Shown here: positions 46,025 to 54,237 of the stretch, one piece after another
Layout of the letters: every line of letters starts with the position of its first letter
How positions within the stretch are numbered: position 1 is the stretch's first letter
Assembly: GCA_031372565.1 (NCBI GenBank)
Contig: JANMLN010000145.1
Location: forward strand, 1 to 60,472
DNA from: Gemmatimonadota bacterium
Lineage (GTDB): Bacteria; Gemmatimonadota; Gemmatimonadetes; Gemmatimonadales; Gemmatimonadaceae
Direction of reading: 5' to 3'
Length of the DNA stretch: 60,472 bases
Translations under genes and position numbers: made by a program
Notes under the pieces: model-generated
What the model saw: only the letters and a program-made list of their open reading frames with translations
What the model was told of the DNA's origin: nothing
The model's database searches: none

Positions 46025-46074
46025 ATTTCAGATACCAATGGGTATCTATTGACATACTCATCAGTATCTGAAAT
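46025..46074. promoter_or_regulatory. Tandem TetR-type operators overlapping a promoter
   Basis: AGATACcaatgGGTATCT (46030-46047) and ACATACTcatcAGTATCT (46052-46069), both ATAC-N6-GTAT, bracketed by ATTTCAGATAC / GTATCTGAAAT; TTGACA at 46049-46054. Confidence 0.82.
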
Positions 46075-46105
46075 ATCCCTGGGCTGCTCGCTGGCAGGAG
46101 TCTTC

Positions 46106-46297
46106 GTGGAAACGTCTCGCGTCTTCGTGACTGGAACGACCGGCCTCCTGGGCAACAACCTGGTGCGGCAACTCCTCGAGCACGGGTCAGTAAGTCGCTG
46201 CGCGACACGGCTGGCTGGTATCGCTCTCCCGCGGCCTGATCGCCGCGTGACCGACGCAGCCACGACACCCACCTCACTTCTGGAGCGTTCGCAATGA
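46106..46297 (+). pseudogene. Remnant of an NAD-dependent epimerase/dehydratase (extended SDR) gene
   Basis: AGGAG plus GTG, then ETSRVFVTGTTGLLGNNLVRQLLEHG (Rossmann TGxxGxxG). Similarity is lost after about 46186; the frame stops at 46297. Confidence 0.8.
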
Positions 46298-46863
46298 CTG
46301 CACCTGCTATCCGTCATCTCACGTCGGCCCTGCGCACGCTCGCCTTGTGTGGTGCGGTCGTCGCGCCATCCGTCGCGCATGGTGAGCGCGCTCCCGTCGC
46401 GGCCGTGACCCCGTTCCTCTGGGCCTCGGTCTTCCGGATGATCGCGGAAAAGTGGCCGTCGGTGGAACAGCTTCCGACCGCCGAGCTCGCGCGACGCCTC
46501 GAGGCCCATGAGCCCGTGCTGCTGATCGACACGCGCGCAGAGAAAGAGTACCTGGTGAGTCATCTCCCGGGTGCGGTCTGGGCGGAGAGCCCGGAGCAAC
46601 TGCGCGCCGCGGTGCGCGGCGTGCCGCCCTCGCAGCTCATCGTGCTCTACTGCTCGGTGGGCGTGCGCTCTTCGAGTGCCGCCGCGATGCTGATGCGTGA
46701 AGGCGGCCACACCGTGGCCAATCTGCGCGGGTCGATCTTCCAGTGGGCGAACGAAGGCCGCGCGCTGGAATCCGATGGCCAGCCCGCGACCAGCGTGCAT
46801 CCCTACAACCGCTTCTGGGCTCGGCTCCTCGAACCGCGCCTCCGCGCAACGGCCGCGCCGTGA
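46294..46863 (+). CDS. Exported rhodanese-like domain protein
   Basis: LIDTR...EY.VSHLPGA, VLYCSVGVRS, NLRGSIFQWANEG, VHPYN.FW. Confidence 0.92.
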   Translation: MTAPAIRHLTSALRTLALCGAVVAPSVAHGERAPVAAVTPFLWASVFRMIAEKWPSVEQLPTAELARRLEAHEPVLLIDTRAEKEYLVSHLPGAVWAESPEQLRAAVRGVPPSQLIVLYCSVGVRSSSAAAMLMREGGHTVANLRGSIFQWANEGRALESDGQPATSVHPYNRFWARLLEPRLRATAAP

Positions 46864-47756
46864 TCGACGCCATGCACCTGGCCCCGTGGCGTGCACCGGC
46901 CTCGATCAGCGTCATGGCGCTGCTCTTCGCCTGGGAGACGGCCCATCCGTTCCTCGGTCTCTTCGCCAGCGGGTCGCATCCGTGGCGGATGCGGCTCCGG
47001 CATGCGGCGACCAACATCGGCATCGGCCTCCTCAACGGGCTCGCCATCCGCTTCGGCTTTCTCGCGCTCTGGGTGGCGACCATGCAGTGGGCGGAGACAC
47101 GCGGCGTGGGGCTCCTCAACTGGGTGCCGGCGTCCGCCGCGTTGCGCCTGGTCGTCGCGCTCTTCCTGCTCGACAGCTGGACCTACGCGTGGCACCGGCT
47201 GAACCACACCGTGGCCTTCTTCTGGCGATTCCACCGGATGCATCACTCGGATCGCGAGATGGATGTGACGACGGCGAACCGGTTCCATGTCGGCGAGATC
47301 ACGCTGTCGTCGCTGGCCCGCATACCCGTGCTGGCGCTCATCGGCTGCGGGACGGACGAACTTGCAGTCTACGAAGTCCTGTTGTTCGCCGTGGTGCAGT
47401 TTCACCACGCCAACATCGGGCTACCGGACTGGCTCGACCGGGTGTTGCGCGCGGTGATTGTCACGCCGCATCTGCACAAGGTGCACCACTCGGTGGTGCT
47501 CGTGGAGCAGAACGCGAACTTCAGCTCGCTCTTCTCGTGGTGGGACCGGATTGCGCACACCTTCCGGCTGGCGCCGGATCTGTCGCGCATGGTGTTCGGG
47601 GTTGACGCTGTGGCAGCGACGGACCCGACGCGCTCAATCGGCGGCATCCTGGACGAGCGCCTCGTCACCACTCGCTCGGTCAGGAACGGCGACCACGGCC
47701 TATACTCGGCATATCCCGACCGCGTGCCCCATCCTGACAGGATTCCCCATGCTTGA
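46860..47756 (+). CDS. Sterol desaturase / fatty acid hydroxylase family membrane protein
   Basis: His boxes HRLNH, HRMHHSD, FHHAN, HKVHHS; NFSSLFSWWDR; GTG overlaps the rhodanese stop. Confidence 0.93.
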   Translation: MIDAMHLAPWRAPASISVMALLFAWETAHPFLGLFASGSHPWRMRLRHAATNIGIGLLNGLAIRFGFLALWVATMQWAETRGVGLLNWVPASAALRLVVALFLLDSWTYAWHRLNHTVAFFWRFHRMHHSDREMDVTTANRFHVGEITLSSLARIPVLALIGCGTDELAVYEVLLFAVVQFHHANIGLPDWLDRVLRAVIVTPHLHKVHHSVVLVEQNANFSSLFSWWDRIAHTFRLAPDLSRMVFGVDAVAATDPTRSIGGILDERLVTTRSVRNGDHGLYSAYPDRVPHPDRIPHA

Positions 47757-48420
47757 GATCGCAGACGGCGTCTTCCAGATCTCCCTCTTTCCCCGGAAGG
47801 CCGTGAACGCGTACCTGGTCGGCTCCATCATCGTGGACGCCGGGGTGCGTTCATCCGCCGCCGCCCTGGCAAATGCACTGGGTAAGCGCGCACTGACCGC
47901 CCACATGCTGACGCATGCCCATGCCGACCACCAGGGTTCCAGCGCGTACCTGTGTGACACCTATCGCTTGCCATTGTGGTGCGGCGCGCCCGATGTACTT
48001 GCCGCGGAGAGCGGCCAGGTGACGGGCGAGTACCCGCATCCCCGTCACCCAATTGCCCAGCTGCAACAGCGCCTCTGGGCCGGGCCGGGGCACGCAGTCG
48101 CCCGCACCCTGCGCGAGGGAGACATGGTGGGCGACTTTCGCGTCATCGAGACCCCGGGGCACGCCAGCGGTCACCTGGCCTTGTGGCGCGAACGCGATGG
48201 CGTGCTCGTGGCCGGGGACGTGCTGGTCAACATGGATATGCTCACCACGCGCCCTGGTCTGCATGAACCCCCGGCGCTCTTCACGCACGACGTCGCCCAG
48301 AATCGCCATTCCATTCGCAAGCTTGCAGCGCTCAAACCGCGGGTGATCGGCTTCGGGCACGGCCCGGCACTGCGCGATACGGACGAACTGCTGGACCTGG
48401 CGGCGCGGCTCGAGAGCTGA
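47749..48420 (+). CDS. MBL-fold metallo-hydrolase
   Basis: VNAYLV, THAHADHQGS, TPGHASGH, AGD, FGHG. Confidence 0.93.
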   Translation: MLEIADGVFQISLFPRKAVNAYLVGSIIVDAGVRSSAAALANALGKRALTAHMLTHAHADHQGSSAYLCDTYRLPLWCGAPDVLAAESGQVTGEYPHPRHPIAQLQQRLWAGPGHAVARTLREGDMVGDFRVIETPGHASGHLALWRERDGVLVAGDVLVNMDMLTTRPGLHEPPALFTHDVAQNRHSIRKLAALKPRVIGFGHGPALRDTDELLDLAARLES

Positions 48421-48613
48421 CGTGCAGGGCTTGCTTGGCTCCGGACTGGTGCGCGCGTCGCAACGGGCGGCCCGTACGCCGATGTCACCTCCCGGCTGGC
48501 GCATCGTCTGGGCCATTCGACAAGATGTCGAGCGCTCGGCGCGCGATCTCCCGCGAGCCGCCACAGGCGCCGCCCACTCTTCGGCCTTCGCCGTCTATGG
48601 GGGCTCACCGCCC

Positions 48614-49288
48614 CTACCGCCAGATCCGAAACCCCGGCAGCGGATCGCACACGGGCTGGCGATGCAACGAATCCGCGGGCACACTCGCCCGGCCACCGAC
48701 CGAGATCCGGCAACGCTGCTGGTTCTCGCTATTCGCAACTTCTGCCGCCCACGATGCGCTGTCCGCGTGCACCAGTGTCACACGGCTCGCGCTCGATGCA
48801 GCCTCGAACTGAAGCGAATCAAGAGAGATCGCGTACCGACCGTGTGTCGCGTGGTATGCATCCTGCGCCTCGACGAGCATCCGAAGGCTCGCCTTCATCG
48901 CGGACGCCTGGGCGGCGTGTCTCGCGGTTGGCGACGTGGATAACGACACGATCGAGACATTGATGGCGAGGAGCAGGCCAGTCCCGAGGACGTTCACCAG
49001 CCCCCGACCCAACGTCGGTGGAGCCGCGTCCCTCGTGGCGTTGCGAGCTGACCGTGCACGCGCCAACATCCAGGGTCCAGCGTACCCGTACACGACCCCG
49101 TAGCCTGCGCTCACCACAGCATAGGCCAGCGCAAGATCCGCCCAGGACACGGCGCGCTCGGTGTCCACGATGGCGCCCACGAGAAATGGAAACGGGACAC
49201 TCAGACCACGGGCGAGCGGTACGCCACGGATCCAGCCCCAGCACGGTACCAACGCGGCTTCCCAACTGAACGGCTTGGCAGCTGTCAT
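48614..49288 (-). CDS. Membrane protein with a C-terminal pilin-like globular domain
   Basis: Three hydrophobic segments, then A..SAMKASLR.L..AQDAY....GRYA..L...W.A......C......PVC; no G|FTLxE prepilin motif. Confidence 0.55.
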   Translation of the reverse strand: MTAAKPFSWEAALVPCWGWIRGVPLARGLSVPFPFLVGAIVDTERAVSWADLALAYAVVSAGYGVVYGYAGPWMLARARSARNATRDAAPPTLGRGLVNVLGTGLLLAINVSIVSLSTSPTARHAAQASAMKASLRMLVEAQDAYHATHGRYAISLDSLQFEAASSASRVTLVHADSASWAAEVANSENQQRCRISVGGRASVPADSLHRQPVCDPLPGFRIWR

Positions 49289-49658
49289 CCGTACGCCAGG
49301 GAATGCAGGGTGGGATGCCGGATGTCTCGGCTCGGCGTCGTCGACGTTGTCGTGCCTCTCGCCGCGACAACGCAAGGTAAAACCCATGTGCCGCATCGGG
49401 ATGGGAAATCAATCGGCGCGGGGCGTCGCACGTCACCGGCCAGCGCGCGTGAACGGCAGCGTCCGCGTGCGTCCCCGCCCGATGTCGAATCCCGTCACGC
49501 GTCCCCGCGCGTCGCATTGGCGTTCAGGCGGCTGCGTCCTCGCCATCGCGATGTCGCGTAGGGGAAGACCCACCGGCAAGTCTTCCGCTTGCTCCACACC
49601 CCCGTACGTCGTATGGTCGTGCACAGCAACTTTCCCACGGAGACAGAGGAGAAGCGCC

Positions 49659-50138
49659 ATGAGCACGATTCTGCACCGATCGCTCAGCGTCGTCGCTGCC
49701 GTTGCCCTCGTCGCAACGGCCGCGCACGCTCAGGCCAAGGATCCCGTGATCGGGACCTGGACGTTGAACCTGGCCAAGTCCACGGGAGCGGCCGCCTCGA
49801 TGCCCAAGTCGGGGACCCGCACCTACACGGCAGCCGGCGACAAGATCGCGATGGTCGCCGAGTTGACGGGCGCCGACGGCAAGGTGGCGAAGACGGAGTT
49901 CACCGTCGCCGCCGACGGCAAGGACTACGCGTACAAGGGCGACCCGAACTACGACATGATCTCCATCAAGCGCCTCGATGCCAACTCGGTCGAGTCGACG
50001 CTCAAGAAGGGAGGCAAGGTGGTGAGCACCGCGACGCGCGCCGTGTCGAAGGACGGCAAGACGATGACGATCACGCTGCAGGGCAAGGATGCGAAGGGCG
50101 CGCCGGTGAAGTCCGTGACCATCTGGGACAAGAGGTAG
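49659..50138 (+). CDS. Secreted lipocalin-like beta-barrel protein
   Basis: GAGGAG RBS; signal peptide AHA|Q; DPVIGTWTLNLAKS, DGKDY, VSKDGKTMTIT, WDKR; very high GC3. Confidence 0.85.
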   Translation: MSTILHRSLSVVAAVALVATAAHAQAKDPVIGTWTLNLAKSTGAAASMPKSGTRTYTAAGDKIAMVAELTGADGKVAKTEFTVAADGKDYAYKGDPNYDMISIKRLDANSVESTLKKGGKVVSTATRAVSKDGKTMTITLQGKDAKGAPVKSVTIWDKR

Positions 50139-50289
50139 TCCCGGCGCGTGCTGCCCCGCCCACGGCGTGCACGTGGGCGGTGGCTTCGCCGCAGTCCTCG
50201 GCCGGTCGCATCGGTGGCGGTGACGTCCGCCCCGCCTCGAGCGCCGCGCCGTCCCTCATCTCGCCATTGAGTGACTTCGGGTCGCCCAG

Positions 50290-50559
50290 CTACCGCTTCC
50301 GCCGCCCCGACACCGGAAACTCCGCCTTGCCCAGCGCGCCCTCCAAGTCCGCCGCCCGCTCCTCGACGTACCGACGCGCGTCGGCCACGCCCTGGTTGTA
50401 GATCGCGGGCGCGATGTCCTCCAGCACGTGATCCAGCAGCAGCGTCGCCGCGAGCATCGTCCACTCGTCGTCGAGTTGCTCGGCGGAGTATGTGCGCAAG
50501 GACTGGATCGCCTGCGAGCGCAACGGCTCATCGAGCGTGATGGAGATGGGCTTGGGCAT
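50290..50559 (-). CDS. DUF2164-family protein
   Basis: I.L......AI.SL..Y..E.LD.E...LAA.LLLD..LE.IAP..YNQGV.DA. Confidence 0.9.
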   Translation of the reverse strand: MPKPISITLDEPLRSQAIQSLRTYSAEQLDDEWTMLAATLLLDHVLEDIAPAIYNQGVADARRYVEERAADLEGALGKAEFPVSGRRKR

Positions 50560-50598
50560 GAGTGGCGAGCGGGGAAGGGGTGAACGCGACCGTGCGGC

Positions 50599-53316
50599 TC
50601 AGGGCCCGATCCAGTACGTGGCCTTGATCAGGAAGACGTTGGTCATCCGGTCGCGATAGACGTCGAACAGTTGCTGCCCGAGCGCGAGCTGCGCGGTGGG
50701 GTCGAACCCCTCGCGCTGCTGCTGCCAGACGAAGAACACCGTGCAGCCCGGCGCGTACTCCCAGCGGAGCACGGCGTTGCCGCGCATGGCGCGCACCGTG
50801 AAGTCGGGATCGCCGAAGGTGACGGGCGTCGCGGGGCCCGCGCCGTCAGCGTCCACCGTCACGGCGCCGGCGCTGCGCACCACGGTGCTGCCATTGGCGC
50901 CAAAGGTGCCGCGATCAAAGGTGCCGCGCTGCCTGAGCCAGGTGAAGCGCTCGAACTGTCCCGCGCTGATGAACGGCTGGGCCACCATCTGCAGTGACAG
51001 GTACGGCGTGAAGGTCCAGTCCACGCGCGTCGTGATGCTGAGCTCGTTCTGGCGCACTTCGCCAAGGACGGTACGGATCCCCGCGGTGCCCGTGGCGGTG
51101 GGGTCCGCGGCATTGGCCACCCACTGCGCATTGTCGAAGCGGAGATCGAGCTGGGGCGACACGCGCAGGCGCAGCGCGGGCACGGGGCGCACATCGAGTT
51201 CGACCCCTGCACTGGTGATCGACTTGCCCGAGGCATCGGCACGCCAGCCGAGCGAAAGCGCGGCAATCACCGGCTTCCGCGAATCGCTGCGCACGCGTCC
51301 GGACAGTCGCCAGAAGGCGGGGAGTTGCGTGAGGACGCCGCCGCGCGTGGTACGATCGTCGCCATACGATGGCGAGTAGAAGCCGTCGAAGCCCAGCGAG
51401 ATGAAGTTGTTGGTCAGCGCCTCGCCAAAGAGGGCGTGGCGTTCCTCGATCTTGTCGCCACCGAAGTTCCACGACGCGGTGGTGCCGGTGCCAACACTGT
51501 ACTCGCGGAACCAGCGTGACTGCGAGGGATTGCGGTACGACAGCAGGGTGGAGAAGGTGCGGAAGTCGGCGCGCGTGCCAAAGCCGAGTTCGTTGAGGTC
51601 AAAGCCGGGGGTGGTCTGCTCGAGCGTGACCGAGCCCAGCCATCGCTTGCCGGCGAGCTTCGCGAATGACAGGGCGGCATAGCTGCCCGTGAGCTGCGTC
51701 GCCGCGCTATCCACGCCGAGCCAGGGCGCGTCGGGGCGCTGGAAGAGGCGCGGCGCGGCGCGCTGCAGGCCGCGAATGAAGCGCGTGTCACCATCGGAGC
51801 GCGTGGTGGCCCAGAGCCCCGAAATGGCCCAGGTGCGACTGTCCCACGCGTGCTCGAAGTCCAGCCCGCCCACGAGCGCTCGATTGGGCATGAGCGGGCG
51901 CAGGGCGTCGTCGGTGAGCTCGCGGTTCACGTACGAGGTGAAGCTGCCCACCACCGTGTTGCCGTCGCGGAAGTCCTGCCGAAGCCGCGCCACCACTTGC
52001 TCGCTGCGCGGTTCCACCATGTCGCGCCGCACGTTGCCGAGCGTGTCGAGCCAGCGTCCTGACTCCTGCGACGTGACCGCCGCCAACACGCCCACCGAGA
52101 GCCCGCCGTCGGTCTTGCCGCTCACCTTCGCCGAACCGAGGATCGGCGTCTGGCGCGGGATGTCCGCAAAGAGCGCATCGCCGAAGCGGCGGCGCGGTGC
52201 GCGCCCCACGCGGCGGGTGTAGAAGAAGATGTTGCTGCTGTTGTCGTTGAGCGTGAGCGTGCGCCCGAAGGAGAAGATGTCCGCCCCCTCGAGGAAGAAG
52301 GGCCGCCGCTCGGGGAAGAACACCTCGAACTGCGTGAGGTTGACCACGGCGGGATCGGCCTCGACCTGGCCGAAGTCGGGATTGAGCGCGCCGGTGAGGG
52401 TGAGCCCGGCGGGCAATCGGTAGCGGAAGTCCACGCCCACCGCCTGCGCCGGCTTCACGTCGCGCGTGAACGGGTCGCCCGCGGGGATGCCGGACTGCGT
52501 GGTGACCTGCGAGCGTGCGTAGGGGAGCAGTTCGAGCCGCCCCGGCGACTGCAAACCGGTGAGGCCGGTGAGGTCGCCAAAGCGCGACACGTACGCGGGT
52601 TGGTCAGCGGGGACCTCGCGCCAGAACGACGTTTCGCCGTCGCGCGCGACCTCGCGCCCGAAGTTGATCCCCCAGCTCAGCGCACCGCCGTCGGGAGGAA
52701 TGGTGAAGCGCAGTTGCGACAGCGGAATGCGGAACTCCGCCGTCCATCCGGTGCTGTCGCGGTGCACCTTGCTCTCCCACACCGCGTCCCAGAGGTTGTC
52801 GTCCTGCGTGTCGTTGAAGTGGAAGACGTCCTGCTGCGCGCCCGCCGCACTCGTGCCGAAGCTGAAGGCGGTGCGCCGGTCGTTGTACGTGTCGAACGAG
52901 ACCCACACATAGTCGGCGTAGATCTCGTCCACATCTCGGCGCGAGAGCTGGCGCGCGATCGAGTCAGGGGCGGGGTCGAAGGCGTGGATGCCGACGTACA
53001 GGTTCCGACTGTCGTAGAGCACGCGCGCCTCGGTGCGGAAGCGCGACGGCCTGCCCGAGTTGGGGCGCTGCTGCGTGAAGTCGGTGGCCACCGGTGCCTC
53101 GTGCCAGATCGCCTCGTCGAGGCGCCCGTCAACGACCGGCGGAGTCGTCACTCGCGTGGAGGGCAGCTGGTGGCGCCCGGTGGCGGCGACCGTGATCATG
53201 GGCTTGGGCCCCCCACCGGCGGGACGCGGTGGCACCTGCTGCGCTGCGGCCGCGGGAACGCCCCCGAGGGCCAGCGCCATGATGGCCACGATGGGGACGA
53301 GTGCGCGCGGTGTCAT
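50599..53316 (-). CDS. CBM9-like plus DUF5916 outer-membrane protein
   Basis: P.VDGRLDE..W, TEARVLYD, FDTYND.RTAF.F, WDAVW, GWTAEFRIPLSQLRF, NPDFGQVEADP, FFPERRPFFLEG, LRWEY.PG, FLIKATYW. Confidence 0.92.
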   Translation of the reverse strand: MTPRALVPIVAIMALALGGVPAAAAQQVPPRPAGGGPKPMITVAATGRHQLPSTRVTTPPVVDGRLDEAIWHEAPVATDFTQQRPNSGRPSRFRTEARVLYDSRNLYVGIHAFDPAPDSIARQLSRRDVDEIYADYVWVSFDTYNDRRTAFSFGTSAAGAQQDVFHFNDTQDDNLWDAVWESKVHRDSTGWTAEFRIPLSQLRFTIPPDGGALSWGINFGREVARDGETSFWREVPADQPAYVSRFGDLTGLTGLQSPGRLELLPYARSQVTTQSGIPAGDPFTRDVKPAQAVGVDFRYRLPAGLTLTGALNPDFGQVEADPAVVNLTQFEVFFPERRPFFLEGADIFSFGRTLTLNDNSSNIFFYTRRVGRAPRRRFGDALFADIPRQTPILGSAKVSGKTDGGLSVGVLAAVTSQESGRWLDTLGNVRRDMVEPRSEQVVARLRQDFRDGNTVVGSFTSYVNRELTDDALRPLMPNRALVGGLDFEHAWDSRTWAISGLWATTRSDGDTRFIRGLQRAAPRLFQRPDAPWLGVDSAATQLTGSYAALSFAKLAGKRWLGSVTLEQTTPGFDLNELGFGTRADFRTFSTLLSYRNPSQSRWFREYSVGTGTTASWNFGGDKIEERHALFGEALTNNFISLGFDGFYSPSYGDDRTTRGGVLTQLPAFWRLSGRVRSDSRKPVIAALSLGWRADASGKSITSAGVELDVRPVPALRLRVSPQLDLRFDNAQWVANAADPTATGTAGIRTVLGEVRQNELSITTRVDWTFTPYLSLQMVAQPFISAGQFERFTWLRQRGTFDRGTFGANGSTVVRSAGAVTVDADGAGPATPVTFGDPDFTVRAMRGNAVLRWEYAPGCTVFFVWQQQREGFDPTAQLALGQQLFDVYRDRMTNVFLIKATYWIGP

Positions 53317-53385
53317 GGACCGTCGCAAGTTACCGCCCGGGACGCCCCCGGGCTCCGAGCGCGGGCGACGGCGCGCGTTCGCCGC

Positions 53386-53560
53386 TCACGGCGCCGCCGT
53401 GGGCCGGAAGTTCGCCACCACCAACGCGCGCACACGGAAGCTCGTCACCACGGGGTCGAGCGCGGCCGTGGGCGGGGCGGGAAGGGTGGACGCGATCAGG
53501 TCGAGGCTCGTGCGCAGGTTGGTGATGGCCACGTCGAACGAGACGCGCGAACCATCGCCC
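53386..53560 (-). pseudogene. C-terminal remnant of an unidentified gene
   Basis: GDGSRVSFDVAITNLRTSLDLIASTLPAPPTAALDPVVTSFRVRALVVANFRPTAAP-stop with genome-typical GC3 codons; in-frame stop near 53593 and no RBS/ATG. Confidence 0.45.
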
Positions 53561-53586
53561 TGATTTCGATCAGGACGATGGCTCGC
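53547..53586. terminator. Long imperfect hairpin downstream of the cupin gene
   Basis: GCGAaCCATCGcCCTGAT-TTCG-ATCAGGaCGATGGcTCGC. Confidence 0.5.
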
Positions 53587-53622
53587 TGGTGGTCACCTGC
53601 CGATGTATCGCGCGTGTCGTGA

Positions 53623-54096
53623 CTACTTCAGTGACCCCGTGAACGGATTCGCATCAACGGGCCCCTCGAACGCGATGAACAGCGTACACGATGTCCGGCC
53701 CGTGCACCGCGCTTCGTGCGGCAGGCTGGCGGGGCCATACGCATAGTGTCCCGGCTTCAGGGTGGCGGCTGCAGCTCCCTTGTACGTCACGGTCAGCTGC
53801 CCCTCCACCAGGATCATGCGTTCGGCGGACGTGTGCGAATGGGCGGGGATGGTGTAGCCGCCCGGTACGCGAAGGAAGACATCGGCGTTCGGCTTGGATG
53901 GATCGCCATTGAGCACGGCGATCTGACATCCTGTCGGGAAGATGGGCGGGCACGGGCCCCACTGGAGCGCGGACGACACACTCCGGGTGATTGGTGCTGC
54001 CGCCGGCTGTGCCTCAAGACGGACGGCGGTCGTGAGGTGGGCAGCGCCTGTCAGCGCAAGGGTGAGTGCGAATGCGGAAACTCGTGCCTTCGTCAT
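53623..54096 (-). CDS. Secreted cupin-domain protein (DUF4437-like)
   Basis: Signal peptide; WGPCPPIFP.GC.IAVL.GDP, PAHSHTSAER, PHEA.C, LFIAFEGPVDA. Confidence 0.9.
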   Translation of the reverse strand: MTKARVSAFALTLALTGAAHLTTAVRLEAQPAAAPITRSVSSALQWGPCPPIFPTGCQIAVLNGDPSKPNADVFLRVPGGYTIPAHSHTSAERMILVEGQLTVTYKGAAAATLKPGHYAYGPASLPHEARCTGRTSCTLFIAFEGPVDANPFTGSLK

Positions 54097-54178
54097 CAGC
54101 GGTACTCCCGTGGGGTGGTGGTGCAACGGCCAGATGAGGGACCTCCCGAACGATTGCCCCACCTCGACGGGCGCCGCT

Positions 54179-54211
54179 TGGAGCTTGTGTGGAGATTGTC
54201 TGGAGATTCTC
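54179..54211. promoter_or_regulatory. Three tandem 11-bp direct repeats, candidate winged-helix regulator site
   Basis: TGGAGCTTGTG / TGGAGATTGTC / TGGAGATTCTC between the divergent cupin and regulator genes. Confidence 0.7.
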
Positions 54212-54237
54212 CCGCCGCCTGGGTAAGGTTGCCAGCA

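Noticed and set aside
47749..48420. MBL protein as a persulfide dioxygenase partnering the rhodanese
   Set aside because: It has THAHADH but ends in FGHG rather than the PDO-type HDY motif and looks like a generic hydrolase; a TATACT at 47701 hints at its own promoter.
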